Notes: generated by a model from the sequence alone, not told the origin. Counted from the first letter of the stretch, positions 28,045 through 38,407 are shown. The stretch: 64,000 bases of DNA from Candidatus Latescibacterota bacterium (GCA_963422735.1 OY730476.1:3648001-3712000), one strand, 5' to 3'. Numbers and translations: made by a program.

Positions 28045-29700
28045 ATGGCCTATCAGGTAACAGCGCGCAAGTGGCGTCCTCGCCAATTCGACGAAATCGT
28101 CGGGCAGGAGCATATCACTGCCACCTTAAAGAATGCCGTCCATTCCGGACGCATCGCGCAGTGCTACCTGTTTTGCGGCCCCCGCGGCGTGGGCAAGACC
28201 ACGACTGCGCGGATCCTCGCCAAGGTTCTCAACTGCGTTGACCGCCGCGACGGCAATCCCTGCGAGGTGTGCGATTCTTGCAAGAGCATCGCCGCCTCCA
28301 CCAGCATGAACGTGCTGGAGATCGACGGGGCCTCCAACAACAGCGTCGATGACATCCGCGAGTTGCGCGAAGTGGTGCGCTACGCCGCGACTGAAGGTGT
28401 CTATAAGATCTACATCATCGACGAAGTCCACATGCTCTCAACCGCGGCGTTCAATGCGCTGTTGAAGACGCTGGAGGAGCCGCCAGAGCACGTGGTTTTC
28501 ATCTTCGCTACCACGGAGGTGCAGTCGGTCCCCGACACCATTCTCTCGCGCTGTCAGCGCTTCAATTTTCGCCGCATCTCAACCGGGCAGATCGCCGCTC
28601 ACCTCGGCACCATTGCCCAAGCCGAAGGCATCGCGGTTGAGGAGGGAGCGCTCCATCTGTTGGCTAGCCGCGCGGACGGTGCCTTGCGCGACGCCGAAAG
28701 CCTACTCGATCAAGTGGTCTCATTGGGCGCGGAGGTGTCGCAGCAAGCCGTGGTACAGGTGTTGGGTCTCGTCAACCGCGGCCTCTACTTTGAATTGCTC
28801 GACGCCATACGCGAAGCGGCACCTGCACGGGTGCTGGATATCGTCGCCCAAGCCGTTGACGAAGGGGCCGATATTGAGGAGTTCGTCTATGGCCTAGTCG
28901 AACTTTTGCGCCACCTGCTCTTCGTCAAGATACAGGGCGGGGTCGACGAGTTGGATATGGCCGAAGACGCCCGCCGCCGCTGTGGCGAGCTCGCGGCCGC
29001 CATGGCGGCCGAAGACCTGCTCCGCATGATGCAGTCGCTCTTGGATTTAGAAGCGGATATAAAGCGCTCGGTACAGCCGCGTTTCCGCGTGGAGATCGCC
29101 TTGGTGCATCTGGCGCTGATGGGCCGGTCTGTTGATGTGGGCGAGCTGCTGCGCCGCTTGCAGTCGCTCGAAAGTGCTGCGCCGCGCCCGACTGTGCCCC
29201 CGCCTCGCAGTGAACAGGCCGCGCCTCTCGCCCCAAGCGGTCTCAATGAACAGGCTGTGCCTCCGCCTCCGCCCCCAAGTGGTCGTAGCGAACAGGCTGT
29301 GCCCCCGCCCCAGCAGCAAGTCGCCGCTCCGGTTGAGTCAGGCAATGCCACTGCCGGCTTGAGCTTTGATCAGGTGCGCACCACTTGGGCCGAGCTAGTC
29401 CATGCCGTGCGCGCCGCTAAGCCGTCGCTGGCCTATTTTCTTAATGGAGCGGCTTTAGACAGTCTAGAAGGTCACGTGCTCAGGCTGAGCTTTGGTGCCG
29501 CCGACCGCTTTGCCATGAACCAAGTGAAGAACAACCGAGAGAGCGTAGAGGCGATAGCCGAGGCAAAATACGGGTGGCGGCTGCGCTTGGATGCCGTAGA
29601 AAAGAAGGACGATCGGCCGGCCCCGCGGGCGGCGAGCCAGCCCGAGTCCGACCCCACCCTGCGCTCGGTACTCGACACTTTTGACGGCGAGTTAGTCTGA
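28045..29700 (+). CDS. dnaX: DNA polymerase III subunit gamma/tau
   Basis: ARKWRP, GPRGVGKTT, Zn-binding Cys motif, EIDGASN, IIDEVHML, LLKTLEEPP, TILSRCQ. Confidence 0.97.
   Translation: MAYQVTARKWRPRQFDEIVGQEHITATLKNAVHSGRIAQCYLFCGPRGVGKTTTARILAKVLNCVDRRDGNPCEVCDSCKSIAASTSMNVLEIDGASNNSVDDIRELREVVRYAATEGVYKIYIIDEVHMLSTAAFNALLKTLEEPPEHVVFIFATTEVQSVPDTILSRCQRFNFRRISTGQIAAHLGTIAQAEGIAVEEGALHLLASRADGALRDAESLLDQVVSLGAEVSQQAVVQVLGLVNRGLYFELLDAIREAAPARVLDIVAQAVDEGADIEEFVYGLVELLRHLLFVKIQGGVDELDMAEDARRRCGELAAAMAAEDLLRMMQSLLDLEADIKRSVQPRFRVEIALVHLALMGRSVDVGELLRRLQSLESAAPRPTVPPPRSEQAAPLAPSGLNEQAVPPPPPPSGRSEQAVPPPQQQVAAPVESGNATAGLSFDQVRTTWAELVHAVRAAKPSLAYFLNGAALDSLEGHVLRLSFGAADRFAMNQVKNNRESVEAIAEAKYGWRLRLDAVEKKDDRPAPRAASQPESDPTLRSVLDTFDGELV
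29209..29310 (+). repeat. Three imperfect in-frame tandem repeats in the DnaX Pro-rich linker
   Basis: GAACAGGC recurs at 29212, 29248 and 29290, encoding SEQAAP/NEQAVP/SEQAVP. Confidence 0.7.
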
Positions 29701-29708
29701 GAGATCTC

Positions 29709-30305
29709 ATGGAACCTCTGGCCCTTGAAGACTTAATCGTCGCATTTGCCAAGCTGCCTGGTATCGGTCGCAAGACAGCGCAGCGCTTGGCGCTCTATGT
29801 GGTCAAAAGGCCGCGCGAGGAAGCCGAGTTGCTCGCCAAGGCACTCATTGCCGCCAAAGACCAGATCGAACACTGCGCCACCTGCTACAATTTCACCCAA
29901 AAGGGTGAACCCCTATGCGAAGTCTGCCGAGATACCCGGCGCGACCAGCAGTTCATCTGCGTGGTAGCCGAAGCCAGCGACGTGCTGGTCTTTGAGATGA
30001 GTCAGTTTTACTCCGGAGCGTATCACGTGCTCGGTGGGGTGCTTTCCCCTCAAGACGGAGTGCTGCCCGAGGATTTGCACATCGACACCTTGGTCGAGCG
30101 CGTGCGCCAGCAGGGCGTACAGGAGGTAATGCTCGCGCTCAATGCCACCGCCGAGGGCGATGCCACCGCTCACTTCATCGCTCAGCAACTCATGCCGCTG
30201 ACCAAGGTGTCGAGGCTGGCGCGCGGTCTGCCGGTGGGCGCGGATTTGGACTTGGCCGACAGCGTCACCCTCTCCCTCGCCTTTGCCGGCCGGTCTTCGC
30301 TGTAA
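29709..30305 (+). CDS. recR: Recombination mediator RecR
   Basis: HhH motif LPGIGRKTAQRLA; C4 zinc finger; YHVLGGVLSP; TOPRIM EGDATA; RLARGLPVG. Confidence 0.96.
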   Translation: MEPLALEDLIVAFAKLPGIGRKTAQRLALYVVKRPREEAELLAKALIAAKDQIEHCATCYNFTQKGEPLCEVCRDTRRDQQFICVVAEASDVLVFEMSQFYSGAYHVLGGVLSPQDGVLPEDLHIDTLVERVRQQGVQEVMLALNATAEGDATAHFIAQQLMPLTKVSRLARGLPVGADLDLADSVTLSLAFAGRSSL

Positions 30306-30312
30306 GGTAGTC

Positions 30313-30915
30313 ATGGACCGGCGCGATATTTTTAACTTGCCCAATGGACTGACCGCGCTCAGGATCGGTTTGACGCCGCTGTTTTTGCTGCTGCTGTTCA
30401 CCGATACTTGGTATTTGAAAAGCCTTGCCTTCGTCGTCTTCAGCGCGGCCTCGCTGACCGATTTCTACGATGGTAAACTAGCGCGCGCAGGCAACCAAGT
30501 AACGCCGCTAGGACGCTTCTTGGACCCGTTGGCCGACAAGATCTTGGTAACGTCGGCACTTGTTGCCCTAGCATTGGACGAAATGGTCAATTTTTGGCTG
30601 GTCTTGCCCATTGTCGGGCGCGACGTCCTGATCACGGGCCTGCGCCTCTACGGGCTGTACAGGGGCCGCCCCATAGTCACTTCGCGCTTGGCCAAGTGGA
30701 AGACCGCGGTCCAGCTTTTCACGGTTATCTTCATACTCTTCGTCATTGGCCTTGAGGAGGCGATGGAGCGCTTTGCCGCAGGCCATCTCTTCTTTCTCGA
30801 CGACCAGCTAATCCAGCTTTTGGCCAATGCACTGCTGGCGGGGGTGCTGTTGCTGACGCTGCTGTCGGGTTTTCACTACCTGTTTCGTGCGGGATCTTCC
30901 TACAAGGAATCCTGA
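30313..30915 (+). CDS. pgsA: CDP-diacylglycerol--glycerol-3-phosphate 3-phosphatidyltransferase
   Basis: NLPNGLTALRI; CDP-alcohol motif TDFYDGKLAR...GRFLDPLADK; AKWKTAVQ. Confidence 0.92.
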   Translation: MDRRDIFNLPNGLTALRIGLTPLFLLLLFTDTWYLKSLAFVVFSAASLTDFYDGKLARAGNQVTPLGRFLDPLADKILVTSALVALALDEMVNFWLVLPIVGRDVLITGLRLYGLYRGRPIVTSRLAKWKTAVQLFTVIFILFVIGLEEAMERFAAGHLFFLDDQLIQLLANALLAGVLLLTLLSGFHYLFRAGSSYKES

Positions 30916-31390
30916 GCGCGGCGTAGAGGAACGCGTTTTTCTGAACCGACTGATCGCCACGCTTTTTTTTGTAGGCTATGCCCCGTGGGCATCCGGTACA
31001 GCTGGTACCGCATTCGTCGCTTTGTTGTACTGGCTGTTTTTTCCCTCTTTGGGGATGCTGGATTGGTTCGGTGTGCTTTTGCTCGCCTCGGCCATTGGGG
31101 TGTACAGCGCAGACCGGGCGGCCCCGGAATGGGGCAAGGATCCTAGGCAGGTCGTCGTTGACGAGGGGGTGGGCTTTCTCTTTGCAGTTGCATTTTTGCC
31201 TCCGGGCACTGGGACGGCCATCGCGGGCTTTCTCGCCTTCCGCGCCTTCGATATTGTCAAGCCGCCCCCAGCACGGCAGTTAGAAGCCCTGCCTGGGGGG
31301 TGGGGCATTGTGGCCGACGACGTGGTCGCCGGCCTGTATAGCAATGTGGTCATTCGCTCGTCGTTCTATTTGGTTGAGTGGGTGGGCTAG
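30887..31390 (+). CDS. pgpA: Phosphatidylglycerophosphatase A (start uncertain)
   Basis: GYAPWASGTAGT, KDPRQVVVDE, FRAFDIVKP, GGWGIVADDVVAG. Confidence 0.92.
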   Translation: MRDLPTRNPERGVEERVFLNRLIATLFFVGYAPWASGTAGTAFVALLYWLFFPSLGMLDWFGVLLLASAIGVYSADRAAPEWGKDPRQVVVDEGVGFLFAVAFLPPGTGTAIAGFLAFRAFDIVKPPPARQLEALPGGWGIVADDVVAGLYSNVVIRSSFYLVEWVG

Positions 31391-31423
31391 GACCGATACT
31401 ACACTTTAATTGAGGGGATTTCC

Positions 31424-32488
31424 ATGGCGAAAGCGAACGGACACAGGGGAGACGGCAACAAGGCCAGATCGCTGGAACTGGCGATGTCGCAGATTGAAAA
31501 GCAGTACGGCAAGGGGTCGATTATGCGCCTTGGCGACGCGGGTAGGGTGCAGGAGGTGGAGGCGATCTCTACTGGATCGCTGGCTGTAGATGCAGCACTG
31601 GGCATCGGTGGCTTGCCCAAGGGGAGGATCGTCGAAATATCGGGTCCAGAGGGGTCGGGCAAGACCATGCTCTCGCTGCACGCCATCCGCGAATCGCAAA
31701 GGCAGAACGGCACGGCGGCCTTTATCGACGCCGAGCACGCCCTTGACGTCAGCTTCGCCCGACGCATCGGCGTCGATGTGGAAAATCTAATCATATCGCA
31801 GCCGGATTCGGGCGAGCAGGCCCTCGAAATCGTCGATACCTTGGTGCGCAGCGGTGCTTTCGATATCATCGTAGTCGATTCGGTGGCCGCGCTGGTGCCA
31901 CAGGCCGAGTTGGAGGGCGACATGGGCGATTCGCACGTGGGCTTGCATGCGCGGCTGATGTCCCAAGCCCTGCGCAAGCTCGCTGGCTCGATCAATCGCT
32001 CGCACACCTGTCTTATTTTTCTCAACCAGTTGCGGATGAAGATCGGCGTGATGTTCGGCAGCCCAGAGACCACCACCGGCGGGCGCGCCCTGCCTTTCTA
32101 CTCCTCGGTGCGCATCGACATCCGCCGCATCGCCCGCGTCAAAGACGGAGACCTCGATATTGGCAATCGCACTCGGGTCAAGGTTGTCAAAAACAAAGTG
32201 GCCCCCCCCTTTCGCGAAGCCGAATTCGACCTGATTTTCCACGGCGACCAGATCGGCATCTCTTGGGAGGGCGATCTGATCGATATAGGGGTTGCCAAGG
32301 GGTTTGTTGACAAGAGCGGGGCTTGGTTTTCCTACAATGGCGAGCGATTGGGTCAGGGCCGAGACAACGCCCGCACTTTTCTGCGCGAGAATTCAACAAT
32401 AGCCTCGGAGATAGAGCACAAGCTGCGCGTCGAGTTGGGCCTCGAAGCTGCGGTAGGACAAAATGAGGTTGGCGAGGCGGGCGAATAA
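31424..32488 (+). CDS. recA: Recombinase RecA
   Basis: [58 protein letters not shown]. Confidence 0.99.
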   Translation: MAKANGHRGDGNKARSLELAMSQIEKQYGKGSIMRLGDAGRVQEVEAISTGSLAVDAALGIGGLPKGRIVEISGPEGSGKTMLSLHAIRESQRQNGTAAFIDAEHALDVSFARRIGVDVENLIISQPDSGEQALEIVDTLVRSGAFDIIVVDSVAALVPQAELEGDMGDSHVGLHARLMSQALRKLAGSINRSHTCLIFLNQLRMKIGVMFGSPETTTGGRALPFYSSVRIDIRRIARVKDGDLDIGNRTRVKVVKNKVAPPFREAEFDLIFHGDQIGISWEGDLIDIGVAKGFVDKSGAWFSYNGERLGQGRDNARTFLRENSTIASEIEHKLRVELGLEAAVGQNEVGEAGE

Positions 32489-32977
32489 GTGGACGACCAA
32501 CTGCAAAAGGCTAAGGACGCCGCCTATCGCTATCTCGGCTATAGGGCGCGGTCCGTAGCAGAGGTACGCGACAAGCTACGGGAGAAGGACTTTGCCGCCG
32601 AGGTTGTCGCCGAGGTCATCTCCGACTTACAGCGCCAGAAGCTCCTCGACGACCGCGAGTTCGCCCGGTGCTGGGTCGAGGCGCGGTTGCAGCGGGCCAA
32701 TGGTGCGCGTAAACTAGCCCAAGATCTCAGGCACAAAGGCGTGGCCGCAGGCGTAGTTGACGAGGTCCTCGCCGAATACGCCCCAGCGCTCGATTCGGGC
32801 GAAAGGGCGGTCGAATTGCTGAGCAAGCAGGCTTGGCGCTACCGGGGCTTGGCACCCGACAAGGCCAAGCGTCGGATGCTAGGCTTTTTGGCCCGGCGTA
32901 GTTGCGATGAGGAAATGGCCAGAGCAGCGGTCGAACAGGTATGGAAGGAGTTAGCCGATGAAGTCGAGGGAGATTAG
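32489..32977 (+). CDS. recX: Regulatory protein RecX
   Basis: Directly after recA; AYRYLGYRARSVAEVRDKL, LDDREFA, LRHKGV. Confidence 0.9.
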   Translation: MDDQLQKAKDAAYRYLGYRARSVAEVRDKLREKDFAAEVVAEVISDLQRQKLLDDREFARCWVEARLQRANGARKLAQDLRHKGVAAGVVDEVLAEYAPALDSGERAVELLSKQAWRYRGLAPDKAKRRMLGFLARRSCDEEMARAAVEQVWKELADEVEGD

Positions 32978-35576
32978 GGAGACGTTCCTCCGTTTTTTCG
33001 AAGGTAAGAACCACGTGCGCGTACCGAGTGCGTCGATCGTACTGCAGGACGATCCCACGCTCTATTTCACCAACGCTGGCATGAATCAGTTCAAGGATGT
33101 CTTCTTGGGCTTAGGCCGGCGAGACTACACCCGGGCGGTTGATACGCAGAAGGTCTTGCGGGTCTCGGGCAAGCACAACGATCTCGACGAAGTCGGCTAC
33201 AGCCCTTGGCACCACACCTTCTTTGAGATGCTGGGCAACTGGTCCTTTGGCGACTACTTCAAAAAAGAGGCCATTGAGTGGGGCTGGGAGTTAATTACCG
33301 AGCACTTTGGCCTAGAAAAGGAGCGGCTTTGGGCCACCTCCTTTGCGGGCGACGACGCGGTAGAACCCGACTTGGAGGCCGAGGCTTTCTGGTATGAATG
33401 CACCGACCTGCTGCCGGGCCGCGTCGTTCGCTTACCGGCTAAGGAAAACTTCTGGGAAATGGGCGCTCAAGGCCCCTGCGGCCCCTGCTCTGAAATCCAT
33501 TACTACTCAGGCGACGATCTGGCGGCGCAGGAGAGCCGTATGCTCATAGACGACACGGGCGATTTGGTTGAAATATGGAACTTGGTCTTCATCCAGTATA
33601 ACCGCGACAATACGGGAGCCCTGCAACCACTGCCTGAAAAGCACGTGGATACCGGCATGGGTTTTGAGCGGATGTGCAGTCTCTTACAGGGGGCTGAGAG
33701 CAACTACGAGATCGATGTCTTTCAGCCGCTCATCGGCCGCATCGCTGAACTGACGGGCAAAGAATACGGCGGCGAGCATCGCGTCCCCATGCGGGTCATC
33801 GCCGACCACGTCCGCGCCCTCAGCTTCGCTATGGCCGACGGAGCGATGCCCGCCAACGAGGGCCGTGGGTACGTTCTGCGCCGCATCCTGCGCCGTGCCG
33901 CACGCTACGCCCGCCAGCTCGATCAGCACGACCCCTTTATTCATCAGTTAGTTGGCACGTTGGGCGAAACTATGGGCGATGTCTTCCCGGAGGTTGCCGC
34001 GAAAAAGGACCATATCGACTTGGTGATCCGTTCCGAGGAGGAGAGCTTTGGCAGGACCCTCGACCGCGGCTTGGATATCTTCGCGCGGTTCGCTGCCAAG
34101 GGACAGATTACCGGCGGCGATGCCTTCCAACTCTACGATACCTACGGCTTTCCACTCGACCTGACGGAGCTAATGGCCCGCGAGCAGGGCATCCCGCTAA
34201 ACGAGCGGGAGGAATACGATCACGCACTTGAAGCTCAGCGGCAGCGGGCGCGTCAGGGGTCCTCAACTCCTGTTTTGTTGTCCGGTGAGGCGACGGCGAG
34301 AAGCCCAACCGCGTCGGCGAACTTCGTCGGATACGACGAATTGGAAGTAGAGGCGCAGGTGGTGCAGGTGGAGCGCATCGGCGAAGGTAAAGACGACCTA
34401 GTGCGACTCGTGTTAGACCAAACCCCTTTCTACGCCGAGGCGGGGGGCCAAGTCGGCGACCGAGGGCGAATCGAGGGCAAAGGTTTTGTCGTCGAAGTTG
34501 AGAGCATCAATAAGGAGCACGGCGGTATCTACCACATCGGTCGGTTGACGGAAGGCGAAACCGAAGCGTTGGCCGGTGCAGTAGTCGCCCGCGTAGATCC
34601 CCAAGCCCGCATTGACGTCGCGCGCAATCACACCGCAACCCATCTGCTGCATGAGTCACTGCGGCAGACCCTTGGCGACCACGTAGGACAGATGGGTTCG
34701 CTGGTGGCACCGGACCGCTTGCGCTTTGACTTTTCGCATTTTGCCTCGGTTGAGCCTGAGCAGTTGCGCGAAATCGAGGAGCGAGTCAACGAGCAGATTC
34801 GCGCCGATATAGAAGTGAGTACCTTTGAAGAGGAATTGGAAAAAGCCAAGGCGATGGGGGCGCAGGCGCTCTTCGGCGAAAAATACGAGGACCAGGTCCG
34901 CGTGGTGCGGATCGGCGACTTCAGCCTAGAGCTATGCGGCGGCACCCACGTGCGCTCGACCGGCGAAATCGGTGCTTTCGATTTGGTCTCCGAAAGCGGC
35001 ATTGCCGCTGGCGTCCGGCGCAGCGAGGCTTTGACCGGCGCGGGGGCTGAGCGCGTCGCGTACCAGCGGCGGCAACTGCTAACGGCATTGGGCACCCGGC
35101 TCAATGCCGCGCCCGAAGAGTTAGCGGACAAAATCGAAGTGCTCTTGGGCCGCAACCGCCAGTTGGAGCGGTCTCTTGGCGAATTGCGGCGTCGAGTGGC
35201 GGCGCTAGAGACGAGTGATCTGTCGAGCGGAGCGTGCGAAGTGGAAGGGGTCACGGTCGTGGCGCGGCGCACCCAAGCAGAGGACGTGCCCAGCCTGCGG
35301 GCCATGGCCGACGGACTGCGCGAGAGCTTGGGCTCGGGGGTCGGCGTCTTAGGGGCGGATATCGGCGGCAAGGTTTCCTTTATCGCCGTTGTTACCGATG
35401 ACTTGATTAAGGGCCGCGGGCTGAAGGCCGGCGACATTGTGCGCGGCGTGGCGCAGCTATCCGGCGGTTCGGGTGGCGGCAAGGCGCACTTGGCCCAGGC
35501 CGGCGGACGGGACTTAGGCAAACTCGACGAGGCGCTAGAGCAAGTAGCGCACATCGTCGGGCAGCAGCTACAATAG
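32958..35576 (+). CDS. alaS: Alanine--tRNA ligase
   Basis: FTNAGMNQFK, HHTFFEMLGNWSFGDYFK, DTGMGFER, GRGYVLRRILRRA, editing motifs HTATH...ELCGGTH, GGSGGGK. Confidence 0.99.
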   Translation: MKSREIRETFLRFFEGKNHVRVPSASIVLQDDPTLYFTNAGMNQFKDVFLGLGRRDYTRAVDTQKVLRVSGKHNDLDEVGYSPWHHTFFEMLGNWSFGDYFKKEAIEWGWELITEHFGLEKERLWATSFAGDDAVEPDLEAEAFWYECTDLLPGRVVRLPAKENFWEMGAQGPCGPCSEIHYYSGDDLAAQESRMLIDDTGDLVEIWNLVFIQYNRDNTGALQPLPEKHVDTGMGFERMCSLLQGAESNYEIDVFQPLIGRIAELTGKEYGGEHRVPMRVIADHVRALSFAMADGAMPANEGRGYVLRRILRRAARYARQLDQHDPFIHQLVGTLGETMGDVFPEVAAKKDHIDLVIRSEEESFGRTLDRGLDIFARFAAKGQITGGDAFQLYDTYGFPLDLTELMAREQGIPLNEREEYDHALEAQRQRARQGSSTPVLLSGEATARSPTASANFVGYDELEVEAQVVQVERIGEGKDDLVRLVLDQTPFYAEAGGQVGDRGRIEGKGFVVEVESINKEHGGIYHIGRLTEGETEALAGAVVARVDPQARIDVARNHTATHLLHESLRQTLGDHVGQMGSLVAPDRLRFDFSHFASVEPEQLREIEERVNEQIRADIEVSTFEEELEKAKAMGAQALFGEKYEDQVRVVRIGDFSLELCGGTHVRSTGEIGAFDLVSESGIAAGVRRSEALTGAGAERVAYQRRQLLTALGTRLNAAPEELADKIEVLLGRNRQLERSLGELRRRVAALETSDLSSGACEVEGVTVVARRTQAEDVPSLRAMADGLRESLGSGVGVLGADIGGKVSFIAVVTDDLIKGRGLKAGDIVRGVAQLSGGSGGGKAHLAQAGGRDLGKLDEALEQVAHIVGQQLQ

Positions 35577-35589
35577 GCGAGCTGAATTT

Positions 35590-36360
35590 GTGACTAGCAG
35601 TGTGCTGCAACACCTACTGGACATCCGCCATCGCCGCGGTGCTGGCTACCTTCCCTTGCTGGATCCAGATCGCTTGGCTCCAGACGAATTGGAGGCTCGC
35701 GCCCAACTCTGCGTTGCGGCCGGGGCCGATGCCATCCTCATCGGCACGAGCCTGATGTTCTCGTCTCGCAACACGGTCTGTTTCCAACGCGTCCGGGCCA
35801 AGGTCAATGTACCGGTGATTAGCTTTCCCGGAAGCTCGAGCCAGGTAGTGCCTACGGCCGATGCGATCCTCTTCCTGTCGCTGGTCAGCGGGCGCAATCC
35901 CGAGCTTTTGATCGGCGAACACGTCAAGGCCGCCCCCTTGATCCGCGAGTACGGCATTGAGGCCATCCCCACCGGGTATATGCTGGTCGAGTCTGGGACT
36001 CTGACATCCGTGGAATTTATGAGCGATACTCGGCCCATTCCGCGCGACAAGATCGACATCGCCATGGCCCACGCCTTGGCGGCCGAGTACTTGGGCATGC
36101 GGCTTATTTATCTAGAGACTGGCAGCGGCGCATGCGCTTCTGTGCCCGACGAAATGGTGAGCGCGGTAGCCGATTGTGTCTCAGTGCCAGTCGTCGTCGG
36201 AGGCGGCATCCGCGACCCGGGAGTGGCGCGGGCCAAGGTGGAGGCCGGTGCGGGCTTCGTCGTCACGGGTAGCGTCGTCGAAGACGATCAGCAGTGCCTG
36301 TGTGCCCTGAGCCGAGCAGTACACGCAAAAGAGACAGGAGTAGCAATGGGCCATGGTTGA
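35590..36360 (+). CDS. Geranylgeranylglyceryl phosphate synthase family protein (group II-like)
   Basis: LLDPD, FPGS, SLVSGRNPELLIGEHV, IPTGYMLVESG, YLETGSG, VGGGIR, VVTGS. Confidence 0.9.
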   Translation: MTSSVLQHLLDIRHRRGAGYLPLLDPDRLAPDELEARAQLCVAAGADAILIGTSLMFSSRNTVCFQRVRAKVNVPVISFPGSSSQVVPTADAILFLSLVSGRNPELLIGEHVKAAPLIREYGIEAIPTGYMLVESGTLTSVEFMSDTRPIPRDKIDIAMAHALAAEYLGMRLIYLETGSGACASVPDEMVSAVADCVSVPVVVGGGIRDPGVARAKVEAGAGFVVTGSVVEDDQQCLCALSRAVHAKETGVAMGHG

Positions 36361-36625
36361 AAAAAAGGCCACGATCAACAATCCGCTGGGGATCCACGCT
36401 CGTCCGGCCGCGCTCTTGGTACAGACAGCAGCACAATTCAAGGCCGATATTTATCTGTCCAAAGGCGACGTCGATGGGGTCAACGGCAAGAGCATCATGG
36501 GCGTGATGATGCTGGCCGCCGAGCAAGGTGCCCAAGTCGCCGTCCGGGCCGAGGGCGAGGACGAGGACGCGGCCATCGAGGCCATGGTCTCACTGTTGGA
36601 GAGTACATTCGAGGGGCAAACTTGA
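36353..36625 (+). CDS. ptsH: PTS phosphocarrier HPr
   Basis: GIHARPA (His15) and NGKSIMGVMML (Ser46). Confidence 0.95.
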   Translation: MVEKKATINNPLGIHARPAALLVQTAAQFKADIYLSKGDVDGVNGKSIMGVMMLAAEQGAQVAVRAEGEDEDAAIEAMVSLLESTFEGQT

Positions 36626-38388
36626 CCACGACCAGCGCACATAGGGTTTTCGATGGCATCTGCGTTTTCCCCGGCATTGGCATTGGGCGGGCTTTCGCAT
36701 ACCACAAGCGGGCCCCGGTCATCACCCGCCGGCGCGTGGCGCAGCATCTGGTTAGGACGGAGGTCGAGCGTTTTCGCAACATACTCCACCAGGCCGGTGA
36801 CGAGATTCGGCGCATTCGCCGCTGGGTCGCCAGCGAGCAGGGAGAGGAACTGGCGCAGATATTCGACGCCCAGCTAGCCATGCTAGAGGACCCATCTATA
36901 AAAGAGCGTACCGAGGCGTTAATCCTCGGCAAGAACTATTCGGCCGAGCGGGCGTACGCCGAGGAGTTGGAGAAAGTCAAAGAGGCCTTCGGCAACATTG
37001 AAAACGAATACCTGCGGGCGCGAATAAGCGACGTAGCGGATATCGAAAATCAGGTGTTGATGCGATTAGCAGGGGGCGAGGTCAAAGCGCTCGATTCGCT
37101 CCGCGCCAACACGATTGTCCTAGCCCACGACTTGCTACCCTCCGAGATGGTGCGCCTAGAGCGCCGCCGGATCAAAGGCGTGGTGCTCGATGCTGGAGGC
37201 GCGACTTCGCATGCGGCTATTATCGCCCGCTCGTTGCAGCTACCCACAGTCGTCGGCACCGGCGACTGTTCGCGGCAAGTGGCAGACGGCGACTTGGTGG
37301 TCGTCGATGGCAACGAAGGCCAGGTCCACCTACGGCCCGATGCCCGCGGCGAGCGGTGCTATCGGGCGCGTCGTCGTCGTCAGCTCAGGCGCGAGCGCGA
37401 CCTAGAGCGGCGTCGAAATTTGCCCGCCGTTACCCGAGACGGGCAGGAAATCGTATTGATGGCTAATGTCGATGTGCATACCGAAGTGCAGATGGCGCTC
37501 GACCACGGCGCTCGCGGCGTGGGCATGTACCGCACCGAGTTCCTGTATCTCAGCTACCGCTTGCCCTCCGAGGAGGAGCAGTTCAAGGTCTATTCCACCC
37601 TCGTCGAATCGCTGGTCCCGCATCCGGTGGTGATCCGCACCATGGACTTGGGAGGCGACAAGCTGTCCCACATCTTGGAGGTGCCTCCCGAGGCCAACCC
37701 CTTCTTGGGGTGGCGCGGCATCCGCATTTGCCTCGATACCCCAGACCTGTTCAAGACGCAACTACGCGCCCTGCTCAGGGCCGGAGCACACGGCGAGGCG
37801 CAGATCTTGTTGCCGATGATCTCTAGCCTGAACGAACTGCGGCGCGTCCGGGTGTTACTGGAGGAAACCAAAGACGAGTTGCGGGCGGCGGGGCGGCCCT
37901 TTGCCGAGCATTACAAGCTGGGCATCATGGTCGAAGTGCCGTCCGTGGCCTTGATGGCCGATCACTTTGCCCGCGAAGTAGATTTTTTCAGCCTCGGCAC
38001 CAACGACCTGACCCAGTACGCGTTGGCCGTGGATCGCGGCATGAGCAAAGTGGCTTGGCTCTACGACCCGTTTCACCCGGCGGTCTTGCGCTTGATCAAA
38101 ATGGTCGCCGACAGCGGTCGGCGTACCAACACGCCCGTGAGCATCTGCGGGGAGATGGCCGGCGACCCCTTGGCTACGACGCTCTTGCTCGGGCTCGGGC
38201 TGGATTGTCTGAGTCTAAGTCCCGGGCTCATCCCGGAAGTCAAGGAGGTCATTCGCGCCATCCGCGCTGAAAAGGCGCAGCAGATCGCTAGCGAATGCTT
38301 GGCCATGGACACCGGTGCTGAGGTGCGCCAGCACTTGGAGGATGCAGTCGGCGAGTACATGCCCTTCTGGCGTCAGAGGCATCACTGA
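36622..38388 (+). CDS. ptsI: PTS enzyme I (PEP-protein phosphotransferase)
   Basis: GGATSHAAIIAR (phospho-His), GMYRTEFLY, RTMDLGGDK, EANPFLGWRGIR, SLGTNDLTQY, CGEMAGDP. Confidence 0.96.
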   Translation: MTTTSAHRVFDGICVFPGIGIGRAFAYHKRAPVITRRRVAQHLVRTEVERFRNILHQAGDEIRRIRRWVASEQGEELAQIFDAQLAMLEDPSIKERTEALILGKNYSAERAYAEELEKVKEAFGNIENEYLRARISDVADIENQVLMRLAGGEVKALDSLRANTIVLAHDLLPSEMVRLERRRIKGVVLDAGGATSHAAIIARSLQLPTVVGTGDCSRQVADGDLVVVDGNEGQVHLRPDARGERCYRARRRRQLRRERDLERRRNLPAVTRDGQEIVLMANVDVHTEVQMALDHGARGVGMYRTEFLYLSYRLPSEEEQFKVYSTLVESLVPHPVVIRTMDLGGDKLSHILEVPPEANPFLGWRGIRICLDTPDLFKTQLRALLRAGAHGEAQILLPMISSLNELRRVRVLLEETKDELRAAGRPFAEHYKLGIMVEVPSVALMADHFAREVDFFSLGTNDLTQYALAVDRGMSKVAWLYDPFHPAVLRLIKMVADSGRRTNTPVSICGEMAGDPLATTLLLGLGLDCLSLSPGLIPEVKEVIRAIRAEKAQQIASECLAMDTGAEVRQHLEDAVGEYMPFWRQRHH

Positions 38389-38407
38389 AGAAGCTTGAGA
38401 ATACACT

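Noticed and set aside
38389-38407. SAM riboswitch before metK, lysine riboswitch before lysA, or T-box before alaS/ilvE
   Set aside because: The intergenic gaps are too short or the genes overlap, and no conserved aptamer motifs are present.
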